From Octopus sinensis (taxonomy: Eukaryota): a DNA stretch of 64,000 nucleotides. Positions within the stretch are counted from its first letter, which is position 1. Each line of letters opens with the position of its first letter. Below the pieces are notes generated by a model that was not told the DNA's origin, did not search any database, and worked only from the letters and a program-made list of their open reading frames with translations. A program made the position numbers and the translations under genes. Positions 10,705-24,500 of the stretch are shown in pieces. The stretch is from contig NC_043001.1 of assembly GCF_006345805.1 (NCBI RefSeq), positions 50,220,001 through 50,284,000 on the forward strand, written 5' to 3'.

Positions 10705-12390
10705 CTAGCAGTAGAGCTTGGCGTTGCCCGAGATTAAGTTAGGATTATCAAGCTAATAAAGTATTTGTTTCAAACCAAACTAAGTTACACCGACGTTAAA
10801 TTTGAGCGAGATCCATTGATATTGGTAAACGTTTGGCTGAAAATGGGTTGCAGACAACTTGATTGGGAAATCCCATAAGGAATCGGTTTATCGATTTTTC
10901 CACTCATCGATTGTTTTTTTTTTTTTGGAGACCTTAAAGCATTCAAAAATCCCATGAGTCATAAGTAACGCCGGCATTAAGTTTGAACAAAATACGTCAA
11001 AATTGGGAAAAGTTATAGTTGAAAATGGGGAGTAGCCAATTTTAGTGGGAAATCCTATAAGGAATTGGTTTATCGCTTTTACATCCTGATTGAATGGAAA
11101 ACCCTATAAGGAATCAGTTTATTGATTTTTCACCCCAAATAGGACTTAACCGAACACAACATTGCTGATTCAAAAAATCTATATTTATACTTTAAAGTTG
11201 GTTTTCACACCCAAGCCAGTTCTGCAGAATCAGTGTCATGACGGGTACGCTTGGGCTGGGAGTGTGACCGGCAGAGGTGATCAGGTTTCACATGCCGGCC
11301 GTTTCGAAACTCCTCCTCCATCATCTAACCCTGGCCCATGGGTTGGGAACCTTCCGGCAAGGAAAATAGAACGCCCAAAAGGGCTCTCGATCCTCTGTGT
11401 CAGAAGAGGTTATGTTCAGATCACAACTAAGCCTTAACCGAAGCCTAAACTAAACTAACTAAAGGGGGCTCGGGAACCTCTAAAAGGCAGCGACTAATCC
11501 TAACCCCTCCTAGGGGTACTATCGTTCAAGGCTGCATCGAAGGTTGCCTCGGAGATCTGCATCGAAGATCTGCATTGGAGAAGGTTGCATCGAAGGTTTG
11601 TACTGGATAAGGATGGATCAAAGGTTTGCATTAGAGATCTGCAGTTAAGAATGTTGACTCAAAGATTTGGATTGGATAAGGTAGCATTAGAGATCTGAAT
11701 TGGAGAAGGTTGATTCGAAGGCTTGCATTGGGGATCCGGATTGGAGTAGCTTAGGAAAACTTACCAACAGACTTAACAAAAAATAAGGGGCCTGGCCCTT
11801 CTAGCCTAACTCCATGAGCAGCTTGGCCAAGCGCTGATATCAGCCAAGTGAGCATTGTTGTTGGAGAAGTCAGCATTGTCCAGTAAAGAAGAGGAAGAGT
11901 CCATGAGTCATGTTTGCCGTCGTTTGAGAATATGTCCGACCAATGCTTCCGGTTTATAACCACATAAGCTACAATGATGACTTGTTCTTTCTACGTCTAT
12001 AAAACTTCACTATAGACAACATTGCGTGTTCTGCCCTGAAGATCATACACAAAAAGAGCGTTTCTACTCCCCACACGGGAGCAGGCCACATGAAGTTGCC
12101 CATGTGAAAAGCACGGCTCTCCCAAATGGATGCCCGCTACCGATAGTGTTTGGCCTTGTGATTTGTTGATGGACATGGCGAAGCATGGCCTCACCGGGAA
12201 CTGCGATCTGCGGAAGTTAAACGGCAACCCGAGTGATAAAGGTGCATCCTTGGAATGAAAACATTTTCCCCGCTCCTGTACCCCGTAACAATGTTGGCTT
12301 CAATAAAGTGGGGCGTCAGGGACTTGACTACGAAGCGGGTCCCGCTGCACTGTTTAGGCGGATAAAGCGTGTAGTCTTTATCCCATTTGA
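10705..12390 (-). mobile_element. Helitron 3' portion: PIF1-type helicase C-terminus and 3' terminus
   Basis: ORF 11997..12227 PFNFRRSQFPVRPCFAMSINKSQGQTL...FSHGQLHVACSRV...NVVYSEVL; upstream PPKQCSGTRFVVKSL...VFIPR. Degenerate hairpin (cgggcaacgccaag) followed by CTAG at 10705-10708. Confidence 0.85.
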
Positions 12391-13149
12391 GTTTTATTGA
12401 ATGGTTCTATAAAATTTTCTTAACAATAGGATATATTGTAAGTTTACACACACACACACACACACACTTGGTGTTATTGTTGTTGTGATGCACGTAGTCT
12501 TTATTCCATTTGAGTAGTTGTTTTGAGTGAAAACGTGCCGTTTGAAGTGTTCAATTCGTTAGATGGTAGGTTTTCTCGGGTGGTGGATTAAAGCAGTGAC
12601 TTATTTCTGGTATCATTATATCATTGAAGATTTTATGGCAGGAGATAAGTTTCAGTGAAGGCTAACCTTTGTTTTGAGTCACAGAGTTGTCAATGATCTA
12701 TCAGCTGTTAAGGTACAGCGTTCGGTAAATTCCGTAAAAAAATTATATTTGTTTTTTTGAACTGGAAATGTACATTTAATTTGACGTTAGCATAAAGTGA
12801 AAAAGAGAGAAAATGACAGGGACATGTGTATATGTTGATGGTGGGGTGCGAGATAGAAAGTGTGTGTATGTAAGACAGAGAGAAGGTGTGTGCTGATGTG
12901 TGTGCGTGTGTGTGTATGATAGCGTAACGCCCCTCTCTCACACACACCAATAAAAGATGCGAGAAAAAGTAAATAAAATTTATGGTATCTCTCTTTGTCT
13001 GTCTGTCTCTCTCTCTCTGTCTCATACACACAGTAACTTACACTTTCTCTCTCTCATTCCGACAACACATCTCTCTCTCACTATGTCTGTCTGTCTGACT
13101 GTCTCTCTCTCTCTCTCTCTCTCAGTCAATCACGCACACACTCAAGAAA

Positions 13150-13328
13150 GATGCTTATAACGAGAGAAAACAAAAAATAGATAGAAGCATGGTTAGGGGG
13201 TGAATAATTAGTATAGAGATCGTGAGGGAAGAAGAAGAAGGAGAAGAAGAAGAAGAAGAAGAAGAAGAAAGAAGAGAAGAAGAAGAAGAAGAAGGAGAAG
13301 AAGAAAAAAGAAAAAAAAAAGAAGAAAA

Positions 13329-13363
<35 letters not shown>

Positions 13364-14230
13364 AGAGAAGAAGAAAGAAGAAGAAGAAGAAAGAAGAAAG
13401 AAGAAGAAGGAAGAAGAAGGAGAAGAGAAGAAGGAGAATAGAAGGAAAAAGAAGAGAAGAAGAAAAAGGAGAAGAAGAAGGAGAGGAAAAGAAAAGAAGA
13501 AAGAAAAGAGAAGAAGAAGAGAGAAGAAGAAGGAAGAAGAGAAGAAGAAGAAGGAGAAGAAGAAGAAGAAGAAGAAGAAGAAGAAGAAGAAGAAGAAGAG
13601 AAGAAGAAGAAGAAGAAGAAGAAGAAGAAGCTGAAGAAGAAGCTGAAGAAGAAGCTGAAGAAGAAGTAGGGAAAAAGCAATATATAACAAGTCGGTGTAT
13701 CTCGACTAAGATTCTCAAAATGGTCAACGATTCCCAGAATACTTATAGGTAAAAGCAGAGAACTGGAGTTCAGAAAAGTGATTTTAAAATTTATGAACTG
13801 CATTGAAGATATGTAAAATAAAGAAAATATAGAATATATAGAAAAATATTTGAAATTTAAAATTTCAGTATGTCCAAGTATAATTACAATAACGTGTCAT
13901 ATAATAAGTAGTTGGTAAGATGTATAGATTGAAAATTAATACTTAGTAACGTTGATATAATAGCCCTATAAAGGAGACTGCAGTAAAATGGGTTTATAAA
14001 GTTTGAAGATTAAGAAAGATAAAGATTAAGATTTAGAATGAGCAGAAGCAAAACATTATATTAAGTTTTGCAGTAAGTTGCTAATTTTAAATGATAAATT
14101 GAATGTGAGAAACTTTTCGGAACAAATGCCCGATATACAATCACCTAAGAAGGCCTTCATGTATGCCCTGCCACTTCTGTCGATAGATATGCAAATCATG
14201 CAGAGTCCCCCTTGGAGCTATTTTTCTTTC
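13150..14230 (+). repeat. Inverted paralog of the 3' flank of the membrane-protein pseudogene (38640-39560), with an expanded GAA tract at 13228-13670 and a Hero-type RT fragment at its end
   Basis: Colinear with the reverse complement of 38640-39560. 14140-14205 encodes PDIQSPKKAFMYALPLLSIDMQIMQS. Confidence 0.7.
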
Positions 14231-14323
14231 TCTTTACGATTCTCATTCAAACGGGCATGATCAGTCGCTTTTCTTTATCTATGATTGTAATATGTATAAC
14301 CGCTATTATTATTATTATTATTG

Positions 14324-16044
14324 TTCAGTAGTTTTATTTTTATAGCGTGCTTTCACTTCACTACCGAGCGCAGCTCTGTGTGCCTTGGGTATGTGCTGTG
14401 ATTTGTTGTGATGCTCTGATGGTTATTGTATGGAAAGTGTTCTGCGTAGGATGTGTGCAGTGCCTAGTAGTGCAATTTTCTGTATGTTATATGTGTTTGT
14501 AAGTCCTGGGTTTTTGTTACGTATTTGTCTGAATATTTTTATCATGCCTAATGCACCTACTATGATAGGAATTGTTTCTGTTTTCAGGTTCCACATTCTA
14601 GTTATCTCTATTCCAGGTCTTTGTATTTTGAGAGTTTCTCCATTTCTTTTAGAGACACGTTGTCATCTGCCGGTATTGATACATCAATTAGAAAGCATTT
14701 TTTTCCTTCATGATCTCTGACAACTATATCTGGTCTGTTGGCCTTAATTTCTCTATCTGTTTGTATCGGCATATCCCAGAGTATGTGACCTTTTCTGGTG
14801 TGTGCCTATACCATCTTTTTTCTGTTGTTATTCCATAATGTTGGCATAGCTTCCAATGTATGTAGGTTCCAACTCTGTGATGTCTGTGAATATATTCCTT
14901 CTTAGCCAGGACTGGGCAGCTAGAGATAATATGATTTATTGTTTCTTGTCCATCTCCACATATTCTGCAGTTACTTGTAATATTTCTTTTCATTACATGT
15001 TTTTGGTAATTTCTGGTGGGGAGGCTTTGGTCTTGTGCTGCAATTAAAAATCCCTCTGTTTCTGCTTTGAGTCCTGAGCTTCTCAACCATTGCTGGGATT
15101 TTTCTTTGTCTATTTCTTTTGCGTTTAGTTTAGTGCAGTATTTACCATGAAGGGGCTTTTCTTGCCATCGTTTTGTCATGGCTCGTTGCTGTTCTATTTT
15201 TAGTTTGGATTTCATTTGTTTTATAGCTTTTGTTGTTTCTTCATCATCTTCTTCTTCTTCTTTGTGTTATTAGGTGGTATGATTTCTTGTGTGTTTGTCA
15301 GCTTCCTTAAATACTGAGAACAGTTTTTTGTTTTGCTCGTGTTTTGCTGCTATCTGGATCAGTTTTCCTTCCTTCTGAAGTAGGTATTTTTGCAGTCCTA
15401 TGGTGGTTATTTTATAGTAGTTTTCCAGCTGTATAAGGCCTCTACACCTTCTATACGTTGTATATATAGTCTTTCTATGTCAGATTTTGGGTGATGCATC
15501 CTAGATCCTGTCAGTATTTTTCTTGTTTTCCTATCTATTTTGGACAGTTCATTTCGTGTCCAGTTAAGGATATTGTAGCTGTAACTTATAACTGGGACAG
15601 CTAAAGTGTTGATACCTATTATCTTGTTTTTAGCATTGAGCTCTGTTTTTAGTATTGATCTAACTCGTCTATAATATTCTTTTTTTATTTTCTCTTTCAT
15701 TTGTGTGTGTTGTGTCTTATCTAGTTCATGGATTCCTAAGTATTTGTAAGTTTGGCTTTGGTCTAATTCTTTTATTTCATTGGTTTTATCTAGTGTGATG
15801 TTGTTACTCTTAACTAGTTTTCCTCTTTTCATGGTTACTTTGGCGCATTTTTCTAATCCAAATTTCATATCTATTTCTTTGGTAAATCCATGAACTGTCT
15901 TTAATAGTGTTTCCAGCTGTTTGTCATTTGCAGCGTATAGTTTTAGGTCATCCATATATAAAAGGTGGCTGATCGTTTTGCCGTAACATTTATATCCGCA
16001 TCCAGTTCTATTTAGCATATCAGATAGAGGTGACAGTGCCAAGC
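14324..16044 (-). mobile_element. 5'-truncated R4/Dong-type non-LTR retrotransposon
   Basis: RT motif LLYMDDLKLY (ORF 15407..16042); CCHC zinc knuckle CRICGDGQETINHIISSC and RH motif (14724..15215); PD-D/ExK restriction-like endonuclease (RPDIVV...LIDVSIP...KYK). (TAA)n on both sides. Confidence 0.9.
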
Positions 16045-16091
<47 letters not shown>

Positions 16092-16220
16092 TATATATTA
16101 TTATATTGTATGTTATTGTTATTGTTATTGTTATTATTATTTTTTATTATTATTATTATTATGATTATTATTATTATTATTAATTATTATATTATATTAT
16201 TATTATTATTATTATTATTA

Positions 16221-16552
16221 GTGAGAGAGCAGTTCATGCCATCAAAGTGACACTGGGGTAAAATATACGAAGCCCAATATACCCATCATGACTACTCGTC
16301 TGATAAGAGTACACCAGGCACATGCATCACAGCCATATGTGCGCGACATTGTGATCTCATATCAAGATAAACAGCACATGACCTTGCAGGTGGGGCCCAG
16401 TTAGAATTTTCTTCAGGTCGAGTAGCCCATCCTGCTCAAAAGGTCCCTGAATAAGGGTTGCTTTAGGATGTTGAAGGAAACACCCATGTTTCCAGAGGTG
16501 AATTATTCAAACTCCAAGAATCCCTTTCAACACATGGCTATGATGCTCCCCC
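16221..16552 (-). mobile_element. 3' part of a non-coding (AAT)n-tailed retroposon (element X), copy 1
   Basis: Homologous to 16620-17107, 42021-42545 and about 52080-52602; bounded by (ATT)n. Confidence 0.65.
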
Positions 16553-16585
16553 AATATTATTATTATTATTATTATATTATTATTA

Positions 16586-16619
<34 letters not shown>

Positions 16620-17107
16620 GAGTGAGAGAGCAGTTCATGCCATCAAAGTGACACTGGGGTAAAATATACGAAGCCCAATATACCCATCATGACTACCCGT
16701 CTGATAAGGGTACACCAGGCACGTGCATCACAACCATATGTGCGCGACATGTGATCTCATATCAAGATAAACAGCACATGACCTTGCAGGTGGGTCCCAG
16801 TTAGAATTTTCTTCAGGTTGAGTAGCCCATCCCGCTCAAAAGGTCGCTGAATAAGGGTTGTTTAAGGATGTTGAAAGAACCACCTATGTTTTCAGAGGTG
16901 AATTATTCAAACCCCAAAGAATCCCTCTCAACACATGGCTATGATGCTCCCCCACTACTTCTGCTCGTGATCAGAGATGCACATATCGTCAGCCACTAAG
17001 GAACATGCTCAACTGGTTAAAGTCAAACAACTGACAAGCAAATCTGTGGTATTGAGCAGAATATTTGCTGTAGCCATCTTTTTATACAAGACAAAACAAT
17101 GTACATG
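16620..17107 (-). mobile_element. Element X, copy 2
   Basis: As above; sits directly beyond the (AAT)n tail of the full-length LINE. Confidence 0.65.
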
Positions 17108-17132
17108 ATTATTATTATTATTGTTATTGTTA

Positions 17133-17186
<54 letters not shown>

Positions 17187-17191
<5 letters not shown>

Positions 17192-20100
17192 TAGTTTTAT
17201 AGCGTGCTTTCACTTCACTACCGAGCGCAGCTCTGTGTGCCTTGGGTATGTGCTGTGATTTGTTGTGATGCTCTGATGGTTATTGTATGGAAAGTGTTCT
17301 GCGTAGGATGTGTGCAGTGCCTAGTAGTGCAATTTTCTGCATGTTATATGTGTTTGTAAGTCCTGGTGTTTTTGTTATGTATTTATCTGAATATTTTTTT
17401 ATCATGCCTACTGCACCTACTATGATAGGAATTGTTTCTGTTTTTAGATTCCACATTCTGGTTACCTCTATTTCCAGGCCTTTGTATTTTGAGAGTTTCT
17501 CCATTCTTTTAGAGGCACGTTATCATCAGCCGTTATTGATACATCAATTAGAAAGCATTTTTTTCTTCATGATCTTTGACAACTATATCTGGTCTGTTGG
17601 CCTTAATTTCTCTATCTGTGTGTATCGGCATATCCCAGAGTATGGTTGCTTTCTCGTTTTCTGTGACCTTTTCTGGTGTGTGCCTCTACCATCTTTTTTC
17701 TGTTGTTATTCCATAATGTTGGCATAGCTTCCAATGTATGTAGGTTCCAACTCTGTCATGTCTGTGAATATATTCCTTCTTAGCCAGGACTGGGCAGCTA
17801 GAGATAATATGATTTATTGTTTCTCGTCCATCTCCACATATTCTGCAGTTACTTGTAATATTTCTTTCATTACATGTTTTTGGTAATTTCTGGTGGGGAG
17901 GCTTTGGTCTTGTGCTGCAATAAAAAGCCCTCTGTTTCTGCTTTGAGTCCTGAGCTTCTCAACCATTGCTGGGATTTTTCTTTGTCTATTTCTTTTGCGT
18001 TTAGTTTAGTCCAGTATTTACATGAAGGGGCTTTTCTTGCCATCGTTTTATCATGGTTCGTTGTTGTTCTATTTTTAGTTTGGATTTCATTTGTTTTATA
18101 GCTTTTGTTGTTTCTTCTTCTTCTTCTTCTTCTTCTTCTTCTTCTTCTTCTTCTTCTTCTTCTTCTTCTTCTTCTTCTTCTTCTTCTTCTTCTTCTTCTT
18201 CTTCTTCTTCTTCTTCTTCTTCTTCTTCTTCTTCTTCTTCTTCTTCTTCTTCTTCTTCTTCTTCTTCTTCTTCTTCTTCTTCTTCTTCTTCTTCTTCTTC
18301 TTCTTCTTCTTCTTCTTCTTCATATTTATTAGGTGGTATGATTTCTTGTTTGTATTTGTCAGCTTCCTTAAATACTGAGAACAGTTTTTTGTTTCGCTCG
18401 TGTTTTGCCGCTATTTGTATCAGTTTTCCTTCTTTCTGAAGTAGATATTTTTGCAATCCTATGGTGGTTATTTTATAGTAGTTTTCCAGTTGTATAAGGC
18501 CTCTACCACCTTCTATACGTTGTATATATAGTCTTTCTATGTCAGATTTTGGGTGATGCATCCTAGATCCTGTCATTATTTTTCTTGTTTTCCTATCTAT
18601 TTTGGTCAGTTCATTTAGTGTCCAGTTAAGGATATTGTAGCTGTAACTTATAACTGGGACAGCTAAAGTGTTAATACCTATTATCTTGTTTTTAGCATTG
18701 AGCTCTGTTTTTAGTATTGATCTAACTCGTCTATAATATTCTTTTTTTATTTTCTCTTTCATTTGTGTGTGTTGTGTCTTATCTAGTTCATGGATTCCTA
18801 AGTATTTGTAAGTTTGGCTTTGGTCTAATTCTTTTATTTCATTGGGTTTATCTAGTGTGATGTTGCTACTCTTAACTAGTTTTCCTCTTTTCATGGTTAC
18901 TTTGGCGCATTTTTCTAATCCATATTTCATATCTATTTCTTTGGTAAATCCATGAACTGTCTTTAATTGTGTTTCCAGCTGTTTGTCATTTGCAGCGTAT
19001 AGTTTTAGGTCATCCATATATAAAAGGTGGCTGATCGTTTTGCCGTAACATTTATATCCGCATCCAGTTCTATTTAGCATATCAGATAAGGGTGACAGTG
19101 CCAAGCAGAAAAGGAGTGGAGAGAGCGTGTCTCCCTGGAATATTCCTCTTCTAATGGGGATGTCTTTGGTTTTCATGAGTCCCTCTTTTGTTTGGAGCTG
19201 TAGCACTGTTTGCCATTTATTCATAGAGTGCTCTATGAATTTTATGATTGTTGGTGCTACTTTGTTAATGGCTAGTGTTTCGAGGATCCATGTGTGGGGG
19301 ATGCTATCAAACACTTTTTTGTAGTCGATCCAGGCCATACTGAGGCCTTTCTTCTTTCTGTGGCTGTCTTCAGTTATGGCTTTATTAATCATTAGTTGAT
19401 CTTTACAGCCATATGAGCCTTTGCGTCATCCTTTCTGCTCTTCTGGGAACAGTTTGTTTTCGTCCAGGTGCTTGTTCAACCTTTGCGATATCACTGTAGT
19501 AAATGCCTTGAACATTGTAGGGAGACAGGTTATTGGTCTGTAGTTTTCTGGTTTTGCTGTCTCATTTGATTTGGGAATTAAGATGGTTTTCCCCTTCGTG
19601 AGCCATTCAAGCATTGTCTCTGGCTCTGATAGATATTTCAACCAGAAGTTGGGGATATTGTCATGCCCAGGTGCCTTCCAGTTGCTTAGTATTTGCAGTG
19701 CCTGGGTGACCTCTTCAGTTGTTATGGGGGTCCAAAGTTGTTCAGATGCCGAGTTTGTTATTTTGATACTCCTTTCTTTTGGTTGTTCGTTCGCCGACCA
19801 TATTTCTCTCCAGAATTCTTCCACTTCTTCTGCCGTTGGTGCTGCAGTGATTTCTATTTTATTTTTGCCAAGTTCTTGGTAGAACTTTTTGGGGTTGGAG
19901 TTGAACTTTTTGTTTTGTTCAAAGAAGCGCTGGCGTTTCTCGTACCAGCGGATTCTTTGTGCTTTGGCAAGGATATCTTGCTTCAGCTTTTCTTTTATCT
20001 CAGGTAAATCTTTTTCTGTGATGTTATATTTGCGGAGTATTTTTGTTTTCTTTTTGTTGCTTAGTAGCGTTGATTGTGTGCTGATTTCATTAAGAATCGA

Positions 20101-21296
20101 CAGATCTTTTCTCATTTTTTGTATTTTGTTTTGGATGTTATTTATCCAGAGTGTTTTTTTGGGTGGTGGTACTCCTGTTTGGATGGGTTTGAGTGAGTAT
20201 CCAGCTTCTTTTGTGGCTTCAGTGGCTACTGCGTATACTAAGTCATTTAACTCAGTGATATCGCTTTTTGTTTCAGTGGCTATTAGTTCCGTGACGGCTA
20301 GGTTTATGCTGTTTATAATTGGTGTTGTTTCGTCTATTTTGATTCTTGGGAGGTATGGTCGGTGGTCCATTTTGAGCTCTGTGGTTTTCAGTTCTTTGAT
20401 TATTTTACTTTTTATATTATCATAATCATTAGGCTCCCCTTCGTTGCTTACATCGTGTTTGTTGGGAATGTTTCGTTTGTCTTCGTGTTTTACTATTTCA
20501 GTGTTTATATTATTGGGTATTGTTGTGTGGCTTCTATCTACATTTTCCTGGTGTTTTTTTCTTTTAGATGTTCTATTTCTATTTCTGATATTTTTTTTTG
20601 CGTTGAGAATGTATCTTCGTACGTTAGCTAATTTATTAGGGTTCATTGCTGTATCCAAGTCTATATTTATGTTGTTTTCCTTCCATATTTTATATGTATG
20701 TGTTGTTGTGTTTTCATTTTTTGGGTAGAGCACTGCTGTGAAGTATGAGTGTAAGATAGAAATGTATTCCTCACGTCTCCATTTATGTCTTTTGGGTTTT
20801 AATTGCGGGACATAAGGAACAACGTCCGGCCCATTATTTTGACGGTCGTCATTTTCGTAGGGTACCGGTCCGTTCATTTCTGTTGTCACATTATTTCGCA
20901 CGTGTAGTTTTTCGTACATTTTTTGTTGTAAGTTTAAAGTACGTACCGCTCGATTGTTATTCTTGGGTTGAATAATATCGGTGGTATTTAATTTCTTCGT
21001 AGTTCCTTTGTACATGGTGTTTGGGGTCGGGGATGATCTGGTGTTGATGGATCGTAATGCTTCACGCATGTTTACATGTGTTTTGTTAGAGGTGGAGATG
21101 ATATCGAGTCAAAATACAACATTTCGTTTCGAAAATAGTAATAAATTTCAATTAGTATTACTTACTCGGATACAGTCCAATCCTTTGTTAGTAAATCTTT
21201 GGCTCCATACGATGTCCTTGTTTTTGATGTTTGTGGATAGATTTCGGAACTCTGTTTTTTCCTTCTTACATCCTAAACGTCCCCCGGTGTTCTCTC

Positions 21297-21297
<1 letters not shown>
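17187..21297 (-). mobile_element. Essentially full-length R4/Dong-type LINE (RT + CCHC + restriction-like endonuclease), lightly disabled
   Basis: ORFs 19426..21069 and 18001..19392 are in frame and split by one TGA (EQKG*RKGSYGCKDQL). Motifs NYRPITCL, RGIFQGDTLSPLLF, YMDDLKLY. Frameshift near 18030 before the zinc knuckle and endonuclease. (TAA)n at both ends. Confidence 0.93.
18113..18321 (-). repeat. In-frame (GAA)n expansion (about 70 Glu codons) inside the LINE ORF
   Basis: The sibling copy has only EEEEDDEE at 15237-15262. Confidence 0.95.
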
Positions 21298-21366
<69 letters not shown>

Positions 21367-21379
21367 CATATATTATTCA

Positions 21380-21437
<58 letters not shown>

Positions 21438-21459
21438 TACTATTATTATATTATTATTA

Positions 21460-21493
<34 letters not shown>

Positions 21494-21517
21494 ATTATCA
21501 TTATTATTATTATTATA

Positions 21518-24500
21518 TGTTTGACATTTGCTTTGTATTCGTACAAGGTGACTCCAAGTCTCACCCAGAGACTTCAATAGACAACAAGTTAGAAGTTCAA
21601 ATTGGTGTTTATGCCTAAGGTGCTATATACTTGGCTTTGCACATATTGTTCTAGAGAATGTTTTAAAAAAACATAAGAAAATTATAAGTTCGTTTTAAGA
21701 TTTGAGATTACGTAGACAGTATTTTACGTAGGATATGGGCAGTTCCCATGAGCACTACCGTTTGAATTTCTGCTATTTTGGGGTTTCCTGGTATCTGAGC
21801 AAGGTAGGAATCAGCCATTTTGCTATCATTCTTAGGGCACCTTGACTACAGATACTGTATAAGTCTTGAGGTTACACATTTTGCCAATTTCTGTTTCAAG
21901 ATCTTTATACTTGCTCAGTTTTTGGTAGGTCTTGACAAATATATTTATGTCGATTGGGACAGTCATATCAGTTAGGAGGTATGATTTTTGTCTGAAGTCC
22001 TTCAATATAATGTCTTGCCTCTTCGCATCTATCTTTCTGTCAGTTTGAATGGTGAAGTTTCAGAGGAGTGAAATGTAGTCATTTTCAAGCACTGTAGGTG
22101 GTTTGTGTTCCCACTATTTTTCATTATGGAGCAGGTCCAGGTTTTTGCAAATTACCCAATGAATATATTGTGCTGCTCTATCATGCCTGTTGAGATACTC
22201 TGTAGGCACAAGAAGACTACACATGGAGACAATATGATCAATGGTTTCATTTTGTTTACATACACGACATGTTGGGCTACTGTCAGTCTTTAATATTTAG
22301 GCCTGGTACCTCCTTGTAGGTAGGCATTGATCTTCGGCTGCCATGGATAAACCCTTCAGTTCCTGATTTTAAGCCAGAAGACACAAACCATTGACGGGTA
22401 AGGGTATTGTCAACATCGACATTATTAGCTCTCTTTAGGTATTTGTCATTGAGATGTTTTTCTTGCCAATTATCAGTAAGAATATCTTAGGCAGCAGTTT
22501 TAACACGGGTTTTCATACTCTTAGCTTTTTCTGTGCGTGTTTCTAGTACGTTTAATTCTGGGATTTGTTGTATTTGGAATTCACTTAGATATTTCTTTGC
22601 CTGCTTTTTTACTGAGTATAATGGTTTCTTGTTTTCGTGCTTTAAGACAAGTTTTAACAACCAGTCATCAGAGTTTTTCAGGTAGGTGTTTAGACTAACT
22701 GTGGCAATTTTCATTGTTAATTCCAGTTGTAAAAGTCCACGGTCACCCTCTTTTCTTGGCAGGTAAAGTCGTTCTATATCTGCCTTAGGGTGGTGCATTC
22801 TATGTATTGTCAACTATTTTCGTATATATATCTGACCAGTTAATGATATTGAAGCTGTAAATCACGACTGGTATGGCTAAAGTATTGATCGTTTTGATCA
22901 TGTTTCTTGCATTCAGCTCTGTCTTGAGTATTGACCTTACTCTGCTATAAAATTCTCTTCTGATCCTTTCCTTCATCATTGAATGTTTGATTCTATCACC
23001 TTCAAATACCCCTAGCAATTTGTAGCTCTCCGCTGGTTCTAACTCCGTTATAACATACTCTTGGTCAAGATTAATGTTTGGTATTTCTATTATTTTTCCT
23101 TTGATAACAGTAGCTTTTGCACATTTATCGAGGCCAAATTGCACTCTGATATCATCACTGAATTTTTTAACAATTGTTGGTAAACCCTGTGTTTTTTGGT
23201 CGTATTTTGCAAAGAGCTTGAAATCATTTTATAGCCATATTATACATCATCGAGCAATTTCAAGAGAGGTATTAAGGCTAGACAAAAGAAGGGCAGGGAT
23301 AGATAGTCACCCTGGAAAATGCCATAAGAAATGCTTACATCTCCAGCATTGAGAGATTCATTGTCACTGTTCGAAGTCAATGTGGTTCTCTATGATCTCA
23401 TACTTACAGACAAGAAGTTTCGCAGAGTAGGTGCTATTTTATACATTTCCAGACATTTCTTAATCCACTTATGTGACAGAATATCAAAAGCTTTTTTATA
23501 GTCTATCAAGGCTATCGACAAGTTTTTGTGTCGTTTGTGAGAATCTTCCAAGATCATCTTATTGATGAGTAGCTGATCTTTACAACCACAAGACCCACGT
23601 TTACATCCTTTTTTCTCATTAGGGAATATGCCACTTTCTATTAAAAACTATAGGTATATTCAGTCAAAACAGATGTTAGTATTTTATACATTGTTGTTAA
23701 GCAGGTTATAGGTCTATAATTTTTTGGTTCATTTGTTTCTTCATTTTTTGGAAGTAGGAAAGTTTAACCATTAACTAGCCAAGAGGGAATCATACTAGGT
23801 TGTTGCAAAACATTGTTGTAAAGTTTTTTTTAGCAGTTCATGACTCTCTAGGAAGGCATTCAACCAGAAGTTAAGAATTTTATTCTTTCCTAGAGACTTC
23901 TCCTTGCTTACATCCTCTACCGTGATACCCTCCCACTTTTGCTCTTTTAAGGAGTCTGTCTAAGTCAGTAGTTATTCTATCAATCCAATAGGCCTTTTTA
24001 TTGTGTGTTTTTCCTTCTGCACAAATTTTATTCCAAAATTCCTGCACTTCTTTTGATGGATAGACTTTACTGTAACTGGTATTTTCCCTATGTTCCTGTA
24101 TGCGGGCAGCTTTTGCACATACCTTTTGCTTGATAGTTTCTATGGTGGTATCGATGTCAAGTATAGTTTTCATATTATATATTTTCTTTAATTTTCAGAT
24201 TTCTGTTGGTTTGATAGTCTTGTCAAACTTAAGGTTTTTCAACATTCTATGTCAGACTTAAGTAACTGAATTTGGTGTTGAATACCATCTTGCCAAGTAA
24301 GCTTTTTATGGGAATGTTGTCATTTTCTAATCTTTTCCCCACATAGAATCGTTGAAATCTTCGTCTGTAGTAATGTTTCCAGCTGGTTATCATTTGCAGC
24401 ATATAGTTTTAAAACATCTGTGGCATGGAGATGAGAGACTGATATGCATGGGAGACCGCTGTTCTTCAATAAACAACCTTGCCCGAAGGTGCCTCGGAGG

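Noticed and set aside
11200-11990. GC-richer insert with degenerate 12-nt repeats within the Helitron 3' region as a captured gene
   Set aside because: No coherent ORF or motif; may be a LINE 5' fragment but cannot be supported from sequence alone.
19423-19428. TGA at a Cys-equivalent position of the LINE as selenocysteine or programmed readthrough
   Set aside because: No SECIS recognised, and the copy has an independent frameshift; a nonsense mutation is simpler.
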